A DNA stretch of 63,740 nucleotides, the filler included, from Octopus bimaculoides (lineage: Eukaryota), in NCBI RefSeq assembly GCF_001194135.2. It is 4 parts of 4 records of this genome, joined end to end, with 100 filler letters (N's around TTAATTAATTAA, not from the genome) between each part and the next. Parts side by side here need not be neighbours in the genome. Positions count along the whole stretch, not along the records: positions 50,807 to 62,565 come from NC_068988.1; positions 62,666 to 63,740 come from NC_068998.1; 2 more parts are not named here. The stretch is one strand, 5' to 3'. The notes beneath the pieces were generated by a model. That model ran no database searches, was not told where the DNA came from, and was given only the letters and a program-made list of their open reading frames with translations. Shown in pieces: positions 52,765-63,740 of the stretch. A program made the position numbers and the translations under genes. How positions within the stretch are numbered: the stretch's first letter is position 1; the number at the start of each line of letters is the position of its first letter.

Positions 52765-53360
52765 CTGACATGCGTAGGCTTGAAAGAAATGAAGCCATTA
52801 TGATCCGCTGGATGTGAAATGTCAGTCTTCATACACAACAGAGTTTAAGTGCCCTGAGAGAAAAGTTGGGCATAAGAAGCATCAAATGTGGTATGCAAGA
52901 GAGGCGACTGCGCTGGTATAGCCATGTGTTAGGTATGAATGAGGATACCTGTGTGAGGAAGTGAGTGAGGAACCTGTGGAAGAGGTAGACCCCGGAAGAC
53001 ATGGGATGAGGTAGTGAAGCATGACCTTCGAACATTGGGCCTCACAGAGGCAATGACAGGAAACTGAGACCTTTGGAGATATGCTGTGTTTGAAAAGACC
53101 CGGCAACTAAAGTGAGATCGCAGCCACGCATGTCCGGCCCTGTTAAGAATACACCTGTTAAGTCGGGCGATATGATATGCTTGAGAAGACCTGGTCTGTC
53201 AAGTAAAACCAAAATCGTAGTTGTGGCCCGTGGTCCCTGACTGTCTCCATTGTCAGTGGTACGTAAAAAGCACTATCCGAACTTAGTCGATGCCAAAATC
53301 GTAGCTGTGGCCCGTGGTCCCTGACTAGCTCCTGTGCCGGTGGCACGTAAAAAGCACCAA
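52765..53360 (+). mobile_element. RTE-clade LINE 3' fragment with duplicated tail module
   Basis: MRRLERNE..IRWM / LREKLGIRSI...RRLRWY.HV / GRGRPRKTWDEVVKHDL. The 3' UTR unit CCAAAATCGTAG...ACGTAAAAAGCAC is repeated at ~53209 and ~53294. Confidence 0.88.
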
Positions 53361-56300
53361 TAGAGCAAGAACAGGGAGAAAGTCCAAGTTGCTACTAATG
53401 TGACTCAGAATATATTCTTACTATTCTCTATAATTTCTTATTGTGTTTTCTTATTTTGATATCTTTACCTAGTAACATCTTAAAGAGAAATATAAACTTT
53501 CTAGTTACTTAAGTCTAGAAGAGTTAATTATAACACACCCATAATAAAGTACAAATATTTGTGTATATTTGCATGTGTGCACATAGTTAAATATGTGTAT
53601 GTATCTGTGCACAACTTATTTTTCCGATTTTTTTTTCTGATTCTGAGCTTATAACTAATATAAAGATAGTATAATTTATTGTCTTAGTATTCTGTAAGTA
53701 AATACTTGAGAATTTGAGTAATATTATATTAATGTGTCCAACTGATTAAACATTTTCTATCTATTTATGCAGCTGAGGATAGTCCTGCATTTAAATTGAT
53801 GCAATGATTGCATTGTTCAATTAAATGAAGCCGCTTGGAGCAGTCGTACCACATCACCTCTTGATATCCTGTTGCTTATTTTGATTTTATTCACCTAACA
53901 TTGAGTTGTACGGATAATACCGCACTAATTTGGTGCTTCGGCGTAAGTACCTAATTCAACTGAATCTCAATTATTTCTTAACTCGTCAAGCAAACTATAC
54001 AACGATTCTGGTACTTAACTTCAACAGGATAGAAAGGGTAAATATGGAATTTTCTCAGAAGGACATGCCCTTACATAATAAGGATGCCTGTATGTGGCTG
54101 CTAATCCATAGAAGAAATGAGTGTTTGAAGGATGAGGTGGATAGCTTACCATCATGAGGCTAAGTTGAAGAATAATAACCTAGAGACATATGATAAAAAT
54201 TATTATAAGAGGATATTCAAAAGCAGAAAAATCCTCCACCTAGCCCACTATTGGAGAATTTTGTAAAAGACTTATTTGAACTAATTGCTAATGTAAAATT
54301 TAAGGAACACCCACTTGGAAAAAACTTGCATCTGAAGAAGCTTAAGGACTTTATTAAATCATTGCCGAACAAACCAGGAATACTTGTACCAGCGGATAAA
54401 ACTGGAAACTATATCACCTATAGGAGACTTATAATGAAAGAACTAAACGCTAAATATAAAATAACTACGAAAAGGAATCTATTGAACATCAACTTAGAAA
54501 TCAAGAAAATTATGATGGAATAAGACTTGGCAGGACGGACTGAACCCTTAATATCAAATGAACCAAGGATTAACATCAAGGACCATAAAAAGAACTTCCA
54601 GGATAATCCTACTGTTAGACTAATTTGCTCGGTTAAGTCCAATGTAGGTCAGCTTAGCAAATCTATTCTGGATACTATACTACCCCTAATATTTCCTAAT
54701 CTATCTCTCAAATTATGGTTTGAGACGGATGAAGTGATATGTTGGTTTAAACCAATTGAAAATATACGTAATTATACGTTTATTCAATTTGATATTAAGT
54801 TATTATTCTAGTGTATCTCCTATTCTTCTTAACAAATCTTAATTTTCACAAAAAAACCTTTCTCTTATAACTAGAGATAAAATTGATATTATTCTTTTAG
54901 CTAGGAAGACTATCATAGAATTTGAGGGTAAGCTATGGACAAGGTCCAATACCTAATTTCGATATAGCTATGGGCTCGAGTGATTTGGCTGAAATTACTA
55001 ACCTAGTTGGTGCATATCTATCAAGGCACCTCAAAAGTGAAATGCCTGAATTGCAAGGAGGTTTATATAGAGATGATGCTTTAATCATTATCCCTAGTGA
55101 CAATAAATCAGCCATAGAAAGAATGAGGAAGAGAATTAGAAATTTTTTTAAAAGCTTCAACATTTGAATATAGCACAAAGTAGGATTATACCACCCCTAT
55201 AGTTACGAGGTGCGTAAACAAATTTTCAAATCACCCCACTAATGTGTTAAAATCAGTGGTTAAAATATTTCTAGGAGAATTACGAAATTATCAGCGAATA
55301 AGGATATTTTCAATACCCATTCCCACCACTAGAATTTTGCTTTGTCTAAAGCAGGATACGACAAGAAAATTACTTTTCTTAGTCCTGAAAGTACAGCACC
55401 TAATTACAGTGAAAGTAATGAGATTTTAAGTGATAGAGGGATTACACACCAACTAGAAAAGGCCGGAAAACATACCAACTAGAAAAGCCTCTCGCAAACC
55501 CATCAATTTAAAAAAAAACAAAAAAACAAGCAACAGAAAAGTAGATGCTATAACAAGTAGAAATTTCTGCTTAGATAATAAGTGGATTATCCTGGAAGTT
55601 CTTTTTATGGTCCTTGATGTTAATCCTTGGTTCATTTGATATTAAGGGTTCAGTCCGTTCTGCCAAGTCTTATTCCATCATAATTTTCTTGATTTCTAAG
55701 TTGATGTTCAATAGATTCCTTTTTCCTTTTTATATTTAGCGTTTAGTTCTTTCATTATAAGCCTCTTATAGGTAATATAGTTTCCAGTTTTATCCGCTGG
55801 TACAAGTATTCCTGGTTTGTTCGGCAATGATTTAATAAAGTCCTTAAGCACAGGTCGCTCTACCATATAAGGATAAGAACAATACTGGTAATAGAGACTC
55901 ACCTAATAATCAAGCCACGGTTTTGAGAGAACAGATTTACATGCGCCGTAAGTCTGAAAATAAGGACTGTGGGAAGCAGAGATGTTTTTTTTTTTCTAAA
56001 ATTGTCATAAATTTCCTACATATGTTTATGGATATGTCACAGTTGAAGAGAACGTTATACCATATCAAGTCCTTAGGTGGATAGCTTACTTAAGTCTAGA
56101 AGAGTTGATTATAACATACTCATAATAAAGTACAAATATTTGTGTATATTTACATGTGTGCACATGGTTAAATATGTGTATGTATCTGTGCACAAATTAT
56201 TTTTTCTGATTTTTTCTCTGTTTCTTAGCTTATAAACGACTTTATAAATAAATAATTAAGTATTGGTATGAATATTAAACTAATTCTGTGTAATCTTCCA

Positions 56301-56990
56301 TTTCTAATGTTGAAAATTGGTATATATACACAGCTTATTCTGGTTATAATTATTGTTTTTAGTAATCTTAAATTTTATCTTTATCCAGCGTAATAATGTT
56401 TATATACAACCATCCATTGTACCCCATGATAATTTCCTCTGTATTAACATCATAAGTTTTATTAGCGTCTTACCGCTTTAACTGGTACTTAATATCTTGA
56501 TTTGAGGTTTTCACCTACCCAACCTCCTTTATAGACAGTTACTTATACATTTTCTAAATCCTGACAATAATTATGACCATACCCAACTATAAACTGCCAA
56601 TTCACTCTGACAATCGATTCTAAATAGACACTGTCCTATAGCCTTAGATTTGATAATTGATCAAAAAGGACTAATAAATTAAAAATGAACAACAATCATT
56701 TGTAAGCTATAACCCTAACAGATTTCATAAAGTTCTTAGAAGTGTTGTATATTCTGAGTCACATTAGTAGCAACATGGACTTTATCCCTTTTCTTGCTCT
56801 ACTAGAGAATTCGAGTAATATTATATTAATGTGTCCAAATGATTAAACAGTTTCTATTTATTTATGCAGCTGAGGATAGACCTTCATTTAAATTGATGTA
56901 ATGATTGCATTGTGCAATTAAATTGAGACGCTTGAAACGGCGGTCATACTTGCATCACCTCTTTATATCCTGTTGCTTATTTTGATTTTG
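53361..56990 (+). mobile_element. rearranged Penelope-like element with direct and inverted terminal repeats
   Basis: Direct repeats 53503-53655/56086-56235 and 53708-53888/56804-56989; inverted repeat 53361-53414/56748-56801 (51 of 54 match); internal RT relic. Confidence 0.8.
54190..55400 (+). pseudogene. Penelope-like reverse transcriptase, disrupted
   Basis: VPADKTGNY, IKDHK.NF..NPTVRLI, IQFDI, FDIAMGS.D.AE...LVG.YL, GLYRDD (55066-55077), SNHP thumb; stops and frameshifts present. Confidence 0.93.
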
Positions 56991-57971
56991 TGTTCGCGGG
57001 AAGAACCATTTTAACGATGCGTACTGCCTTAATCCTTCGAAACGCCGGAGTTTTAATGGTGGCAGCTGATGAAGGGGATGTTTCTATGTGGCCTGCTTGT
57101 TTGTTGCACCTTGTTTACCATTTTGTCCTTGTTCTTTTGCCACGTCATGTACCCAGTTATGTATCTATATGTACATGTAGATGAACGTATATACATACAT
57201 GTACATATATATATGCATATACTCATATATTGTTTGTATCACGACAGAACGCACGCGTTACCTTTATACAGTAAGTTTTAACTATTTTTCTAACGCGACT
57301 CTCTCTATTTCTATCTCCCCCTCTCATTCTTCCCTCTACTGTTCTTNNNNNNNNNNNNNNNNNNNNNNNNNNNNNNNNNNNNNNNNNNNNNNNNNNNNNN
57401 NNNNNNNNNNNNNNNNNNNNNNNNNNNNNNNNNNNNNNNNNNNNNNNNNNNNNNNNNNNNNNNNNNNNNNNNNNNNNNNNNNNNNNNNNNNNNNNNNNNN
57501 NNNNNNNNNNNNNNNNNNNNNNNNNNNNNNNNNNNNNNNNNNNNNNNNNNNNNNNNNNNNNNNNNNNNNNNNNNNNNNNNNNNNNNNNNNNNNNNNNNNN
57601 NNNNNNNNNNNNNNNNNNNNNNNNNNNNNNNNNNNNNNNNNNNNNNNNNNNNNNNNNNNNNNNNNNNNNNNNNNNNNNNNNNNNNNNNNNNNNNNNNNNN
57701 NNNNNNNNNNNNNNNNNNNNNNNNNNNNNNNNNNNNNNNNNNNNNNNNNNNNNNNNNNNNNNNNNNNNNNNNNNNNNNNNNNNNNNNNNNNNNNNNNNNN
57801 NNNNNNNNNNNNNNNNNNNNNNNNNNNNNNNNNNNNNNNNNNNNNNNNNNNNNNNNNNNNNNNNNNNNNNNNNNNNNNNNNNNNNNNNNNNNNNNNNNNN
57901 NNNNNNNNNNNNNNNNNNNNNNNNNNNNNNNNNNNNNNNNNNNNNNNNNNNNNNNNNNNNNNNNNNNNNNN

Positions 57972-58586
57972 AGGAGACTACGACAGCGGTACTGGATATT
58001 AATAATTATCGCCAAGCCAACATGGCAGTCCCAAATACCCAAATATAGGACGAATGCTGCCGTGGATTGGCTCCAAGAGGCCATCGCCTCGAGCTAGCTA
58101 TGTGACACACGAATCTGTGTCCTTTACAACCCTCGAACAGGGGAGGTCAGCAGCTTCCCCTTGCTGGTTTGGCATCTGCAGACTAGTTTCAGGGTGTTGT
58201 CCCATGTCAATGCAGAGCAGCCGAGCCCAGCAGGCGTCGCTACTGACTATCTGTAGGAAGGTTATTTATCTAATTTCAGTGGAATATATTCACTGGCTTT
58301 CAGAAATAGAGATATTAATATTTCTAAGTCTCTCTAAAGGAGACTACGGCAGCGGTGCTGAATATTAATAATTATCGCCAAGCCAACATGGCAGTCCCAA
58401 ATATAGGACGAATGCTGCCGTGGATTAGCTCCAAGAGGCCATCGCCTCTAGCTAGCTATGTGAAACACGAATCTGTGTCCTTTATAACCCTCGAACAGGG
58501 GAGGTCAGCAGCTTCCCCTTGCTGGTTTGGCAACTACAGACTAGACTAGTTTCAGGGTGTTGCCATTTGTCAATGCAGAGCAGCCG
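57972..58586 (-). repeat. tandem duplication of a LINE 3' UTR (~250-bp homology, 366-bp spacing)
   Basis: AGGAGACTAC...GCAGAGCAGCCG at 57972-58223 and 58338-58586. Confidence 0.9.
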
Positions 58587-58619
58587 GTTCTTCTCCTCCA
58601 TCTGATATAGTCCAATCAA

Positions 58620-58799
58620 GAGTTTTGATCGCACATCTGGTGTATAAGAAGAGAATTTGACATCGCTGCTCTAAACTGTGTCTCATTTCGAGCCATTGGT
58701 TCGTCTGGTATCGTGGAGAGGAAAGCGTCGAGCTTTGTCTTGAAGACCTCCGCATCCATGTCTTGCAGGTCTCTCAAATGTTTTGGCAGAGCATTGAAG
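58620..58799 (-). pseudogene. CR1/L2-like LINE ORF2 C-terminus
   Basis: FNALPKHLRDLQDMDAEVFKTKLDAFLSTIPDEP..........AAMSNSL, like the FN.LP..LR...FK..LD.FL..IPDEP ending. Confidence 0.75.
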
Positions 58800-59644
58800 N
58801 NNNNNNNNNNNNNNNNNNNNNNNNNNNNNNNNNNNNNNNNNNNNNNNNNNNNNNNNNNNNNNNNNNNNNNNNNNNNNNNNNNNNNNNNNNNNNNNNNNNN
58901 NNNNNNNNNNNNNNNNNNNNNNNNNNNNNNNNNNNNNNNNNNNNNNNNNNNNNNNNNNNNNNNNNNNNNNNNNNNNNNNNNNNNNNNNNNNNNNNNNNNN
59001 NNNNNNNNNNNNNNNNNNNNNNNNNNNNNNNNNNNNNNNNNNNNNNNNNNNNNNNNNNNNNNNNNNNNNNNNNNNNNNNNNNNNNNNNNNNNNNNNNNNN
59101 NNNNNNNNNNNNNNNNNNNNNNNNNNNNNNNNNNNNNNNNNNNNNNNNNNNNNNNNNNNNNNNNNNNNNNNNNNNNNNNNNNNNNNNNNNNNNNNNNNNN
59201 NNNNNNNNNNNNNNNNNNNNNNNNNNNNNNNNNNNNNNNNNNNNNNNNNNNNNNNNNNNNNNNNNNNNNNNNNNNNNNNNNNNNNNNNNNNNNNNNNNNN
59301 NNNNNNNNNNNNNNNNNNNNNNNNNNNNNNNNNNNNNNNNNNNNNNNNNNNNNNNNNNNNNNNNNNNNNNNNNNNNNNNNNNNNNNNNNNNNNNNNNNNN
59401 NNNNNNNNNNNNNNNNNNNNNNNNNNNNNNNNNNNNNNNNNNNNNNNNNNNNNNNNNNNNNNNNNNNNNNNNNNNNNNNNNNNNNNNNNNNNNNNNNNNN
59501 NNNNNNNNNNNNNNNNNNNNNNNNNNNNNNNNNNNNNNNNNNNNNNNNNNNNNNNNNNNNNNNNNNNNNNNNNNNNNNNNNNNNNNNNNNNNNNNNNNNN
59601 NNNNNNNNNNNNNNNNNNNNNNNNNATATATATATATATAGTCA

Positions 59645-59930
59645 ATCCAAACAAGAACAAGCAAAAAAAAAACAGCAACGCGAGGACATGGTACAAGTAC
59701 TGTATTATTGGACGCTCAGGAAAGGAAAGAAAAGAAAGAAGATTTCACGTTTCGAAGGAAACTCTTCATCAGGAATATAGAAAAAGTCCAAAGAAGGGAA
59801 GACGGAAAAAGAAAATCGCCAATGATATACACACGGTGGCATATTGAAATGACCGGAAGGGAATGGGTGAAGAAAAAGTTCTTTCTAAGACAGTATATTG
59901 CAAGACAAGGAGGTATGTGTGGGTATGTGC
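59645..59930 (-). mobile_element. Penelope-like terminal repeat with degenerate hammerhead
   Basis: Minus strand TTC-CTGATGA-AGAG-TTTC-CTTC-GAAACGTGAA at 59743-59775; lies between (TA)n and (TG)n. Confidence 0.55.
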
Positions 59931-59944
59931 ATGCGCGCTGGACT

Positions 59945-59982
<38 letters not shown>

Positions 59983-61580
59983 TGTGTAATGATAGCACGT
60001 ACATGTGCGTATATGTGTGTGTGTAGTAGTGGCTGTTTATGTATGTGTGTGGTTGGACTTTGTGTCGCTTAATGTTGTACGAAGAATTTATTGTAAGAAT
60101 TTTTTGTAGGAGTGGCTGTCTGTTCTGTCTCCCTTCACGTGTGCGTAGGAGAATGGTCAGTAGAAAGGTGTTTAACTGGTAGTTTGAAGTATGTGTGTGT
60201 GCCTGTATGTATATGTTTTGTGTGCAGTGTGTGCGTGGGTGTGTATGTATGTATGTGTACGTGTGTGTATGTGTGTATGCGGGAGTTTGTGTGTGGGGTT
60301 GTGTCTGTGGAGTACGTTACTCTCTGTGTGGGCATGCGTGTACGTGTATGTGCGTGTGTGTCCCCATGTATGTATAATTGTATGCGTGTATGTATGAGTG
60401 TGTGTTGTGTGTGTATGGGAGGTATGTGTCGGTTCATTTGCGTGTGCATGTGTGTATGTGTGTGCGTGTGTATATATGTGTGAATGTATGTGCACGTGTA
60501 CTTTGTGTGTGCGCACGTGTGTCTGCGAGTGTATGCGTGTGTGCGTGAGTGTGTGTGAACGAGGGGTTGTGTGGGGAGGTATATGTGTGTTTTTTTGCGC
60601 GTGTATGCACGTGCGTGTGTATGTGTATGTGCGTGTAGTTGTATTTGCGTGTATGTGTGCATGTGTATATGTGTGTTATGCAGGTGTGTATACGTGTATG
60701 CCTGGGGTTGTGAGTGTTAGGTATGTATGCATCCGTGTGCGTGTGCGCGTGCGTGTGTGCGTGCGAGTGTGTGTATGTGCGTGTATATGTGTATGTGTGT
60801 GCGTATGTGTGTATGCGTCTATGTATATATATTGTGTGTGTATGTATATGCATGTGTGTGTTTATGCGAGTTTGTGTGTGCATCAGGGGCTGTGTGTTGG
60901 GTTGTGTGTGGGTATATGTGTGTGTATTTGTGTGCGTGTTCGTATGAGTGTGTGTTGTGTGTGTGGGAGGTATGTGTGCGTACATGTGCGAGTGTGTGTA
61001 TGTATGCGTATGTGCGGGTTTATATGTTTGTGTGCGTGTGCATGTCCGTGTGTATATGTGCGTGTGTGTGTATTCGCGTGTGTGCATGTTTATATGTGCG
61101 TGCGTGTGTATATGTGTGTGTGAACGTAGAGAGGTGTGTAGAGTTATGTGTNNNNNNNNNNNNNNNNNNNNNNNNNNNNNNNNNNNNNNNNNNNNNNNNN
61201 NNNNNNNNNNNNNNNNNNNNNNNNNNNNNNNNNNNNNNNNNNNNNNNNNNNNNNNNNNNNNNNNNNNCGTGCGTGTGTATATGTGTGTGTGAACGTAGAG
61301 AGGTGTGTAGAGTTATGTGTGCGTTTTGTTGCGTGCATGCGCATGTTTGTGTATATATGTGTATGTGGTTGTGGGTACGTATGTAACTTTATGTGTATAG
61401 GTGTGTGTGTTTATCTGCTTGTGCATGGGGTTGCGTGAGTTAAGTATGTGTACATTCTTGTGCGTGTGTGTGTGTGCGTTTGTGTACACGTGTGTGTGCA
61501 CGTGCATATATGTGTGTGCGTGTATATATGTATGTATGTATGTATGTCTATATATATATATATATATATATGAATGTATG
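59930..61580. repeat. degenerate (TG)-rich low-complexity tract
   Basis: Direct reading; source of many spurious CV/HT ORFs. Confidence 0.9.
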
Positions 61581-61584
61581 TCTA

Positions 61585-62285
61585 TATAGAAGAGTTGGAC
61601 AAAATAATGGAAACACCTAGCATCAGAGTACCATAATTTTGAAATATCTACAAAACCATCGAATGCTTGTTTACTTTTGTTTTTTTTTATTTATTATTAG
61701 TGTTGCTTAATATGTTTTACTAACATTGGTGTTTCTTTTCAGATATCATCAGAAAAAGATAATTAAAATTCATTAAAATGACAGACTTTCAAAGGTGTCA
61801 AATTATTGGTACTCGTATGGCAGGCGCTAGCGTAACAAAAACAGCCAAAATGTTTGGGGTATCAAGAAGACTGTCTAGAAAGTAATGATAGCTTTGAGAA
61901 AGAGGGAAAAACCTCCTCGTTTTTAGAAAACTCCAGAAGAAGATAGGGACCGTCAGACTCTTATGCGAATGGTTAGAAAGGATCACAAAAGTACAGCTCC
62001 CAAAATTACTGCAAAGCTTAATGTCCACCTTGAGAACACAGTTTCCACAAAAACTGTTCGCCAGATTTCACAGGAGGGCTGCAATCAGAAAATCACTACT
62101 TTCAAAAACAAACGTTGCAAAGCGTTTAGATTGGAGTAAAGACCTACAGAATTGGTCCCTAGAGCAGTGGAAGAATGTTATTTTCTTGGACGAGTCATCC
62201 TTTACCTTGTTTCCGACTACCGGTCGAGTGCGTGTGTGTGTGGAAACAGCCAAAAGAAGCATTTGACCCAGACTGCCTTCTTCCA
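61585..62285 (+). mobile_element. Tc1-like transposon 5' part (TIR, HTH region, first catalytic Asp)
   Basis: End-like AGAAGAGTTGGACAAAATAATGGAAACACC; MTDFQ..QIIG.RMAGASVTKTA..FGVS; KRLDWSK...W..EQWKNVIFLDESSF. Truncated by a SINE. Confidence 0.88.
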
Positions 62286-62289
62286 GCTG

Positions 62290-62530
62290 TTTACTTTTTT
62301 ACTTGTTTCAGTCATTTGACTGCAGCCATGCTGGAAGCACTGCCTTTAGTCAAGCAAATCGACCCCAGGACTTATTCTTTGTAAGCCTAGTACTTATTCT
62401 ACCAGTGTCTTTTGTTGAACCGCTAAGTTACGGAGACATAAACGCTCCAGCATCGGTTGTCAAGTGATGTTTGGTGGACAAGCACAGACACACAAGCACA
62501 CACAAACACACACACACACACACACACACA
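62290..62530 (-). mobile_element. SINE family B 3' half
   Basis: TTTACTTGTTTCAGTCATTTGACTGCAGCCATGCTGG ... GCATCGGTTGTCAAG. Confidence 0.92.
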
Positions 62531-62565
62531 TGCGTATGCACCTCGTATATATAGTATATATACAT

Positions 62566-62665
62566 NNNNNNNNNNNNNNNNNNNNNNNNNNNNNNNNNNN
62601 NNNNNNNNNTTAATTAATTAANNNNNNNNNNNNNNNNNNNNNNNNNNNNNNNNNNNNNNNNNNNN
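62566..62665. other. artificial scaffold spacer N44-TTAATTAATTAA-N44
   Basis: Same 100-bp construct. Confidence 0.95.
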
Positions 62666-62699
62666 AACACACACACACACACGCATATATAAACACAAG

Positions 62700-63500
62700 G
62701 AACCCCCCACCTATCGTCCCTACCCTTCTGCCCTCCTCCCTCCCTGTCCATCCTCCTACCACCACCACTCTCCCATCCTGACGACCCCTTGTCTTTTCCC
62801 ATTCACCGCCATCGATTCATAATTACTCTGCTTTCTTCCTTTTTCTCCTCCCTCTTCTTCTTCTTCTTCTTCTTCTTCTTCTTCTTCTTCTTCTTCTTCT
62901 CCCTCTTCTCCCTCTTCTACTTCTTCATCATCATCTTCTGCCTCTTCTTCTTTTTCATTATCTTCATCGTCGTCTTCGCCGCCTTCATCGTCTTCATTGT
63001 CTTCTGCTTCTTCTCCTCCCCCTTCCTCTTCTCCATCATCATCATTAACCTCATCTTTTGCTTCTTCTTTTCCTTCCTTTTCTCATCTTTCTCCTCCTTC
63101 TCCTCCTTCTCCGTCATCACCCTCATCACCACCACCACCACCACCACCACCATCTCATCTTCTTCTTCCTCCGACTCTCTTCTCCTCCTCCTCCTCCTTT
63201 CCCCTTTCCCCTCTCCTTCTTTCACTCTACTCCCCCTCTTCCCGTTCTCCCACTCTTCCTCATTCCCATCGCCACCTCCCCCTTCCTTTTCTCTTTCTAA
63301 CTCCCACGTTTCGCTTTCCTCGCTTTGCCTTTCATCCATCCATCCATCCAGCCATCTTTCTTTTTTTACCTCTCATTTCCTCTCTTTGTCTCACCATCCT
63401 CTCCCTCTCACTCTCTCTCTCTCCCCCTCTTTCATTGTTACATCATCACCACCACCACCACCACCACCCCCACCATTACCACCATCATTACTAACATGTC
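62700..63500. repeat. pyrimidine-rich (CTT/CT/CAC)n low complexity
   Basis: Direct reading. Confidence 0.9.
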
Positions 63501-63740
63501 ACTTTGTCCACCCCTTCCCGTTTAAACACTCTGTCCATTTGAGTGAATTTCACTCTTATTTTTCTCACCCAACCTTCTATCCGTTCTATGCCACTTTCTT
63601 CGACACACTATTTCTCTTTATCGCTTCATCTTTGTACATACATACATACATATATTTGTGTACATGTTTGTGTATGACTATATATATACATACACACACA
63701 CACACACACACACTTATATACATATATATATATATATATA

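Noticed and set aside
57030-57082. GAAACGCC followed by CTGATGAAGG (permuted hammerhead?)
   Set aside because: U16.1 is absent and stem I does not form. Probably a decayed PLE-type repeat, but not supportable from this copy.

Overview
AT-rich, microsatellite-saturated eukaryotic DNA from a gapped draft assembly (about 5.6 kb of N). The SINE families look like those I remember from Octopus/coleoid cephalopods; this is recognition, not a database result. I find no convincing host protein-coding gene. Nearly all ORF-track entries are microsatellite or N-run artefacts. The window is a transposon graveyard: four tRNA-type SINE families, RTE, R4-like and CR1/L2-like LINE fragments, many Penelope-like element (PLE) pieces (RT with YRDD, thumb, two GIY-YIG fragments), DD37D (maT) and Tc1 transposase relics, a Helitron 3' end and a hAT terminus. 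Three 100-bp N44-TTAATTAATTAA-N44 spacers are artificial joins, so the window is four stitched pieces. Best leads: (1) several distinct PLE terminal-repeat families carry hammerhead-ribozyme folds, some with unusual cores (CUGUUGA, CAGAAGA), one is folded back at stem II, and several sit inside microsatellites. PLE hammerheads are a known class; these variants may not be described. (2) A 67-bp (33+34) higher-order minisatellite has seven phased TGACGTCA palindromes and an inverted sister array about 4 kb away (foldback-like). (3) A CpG-dense 160-bp island contains a 22-nt match to 28S rRNA just upstream of the R2 target site.
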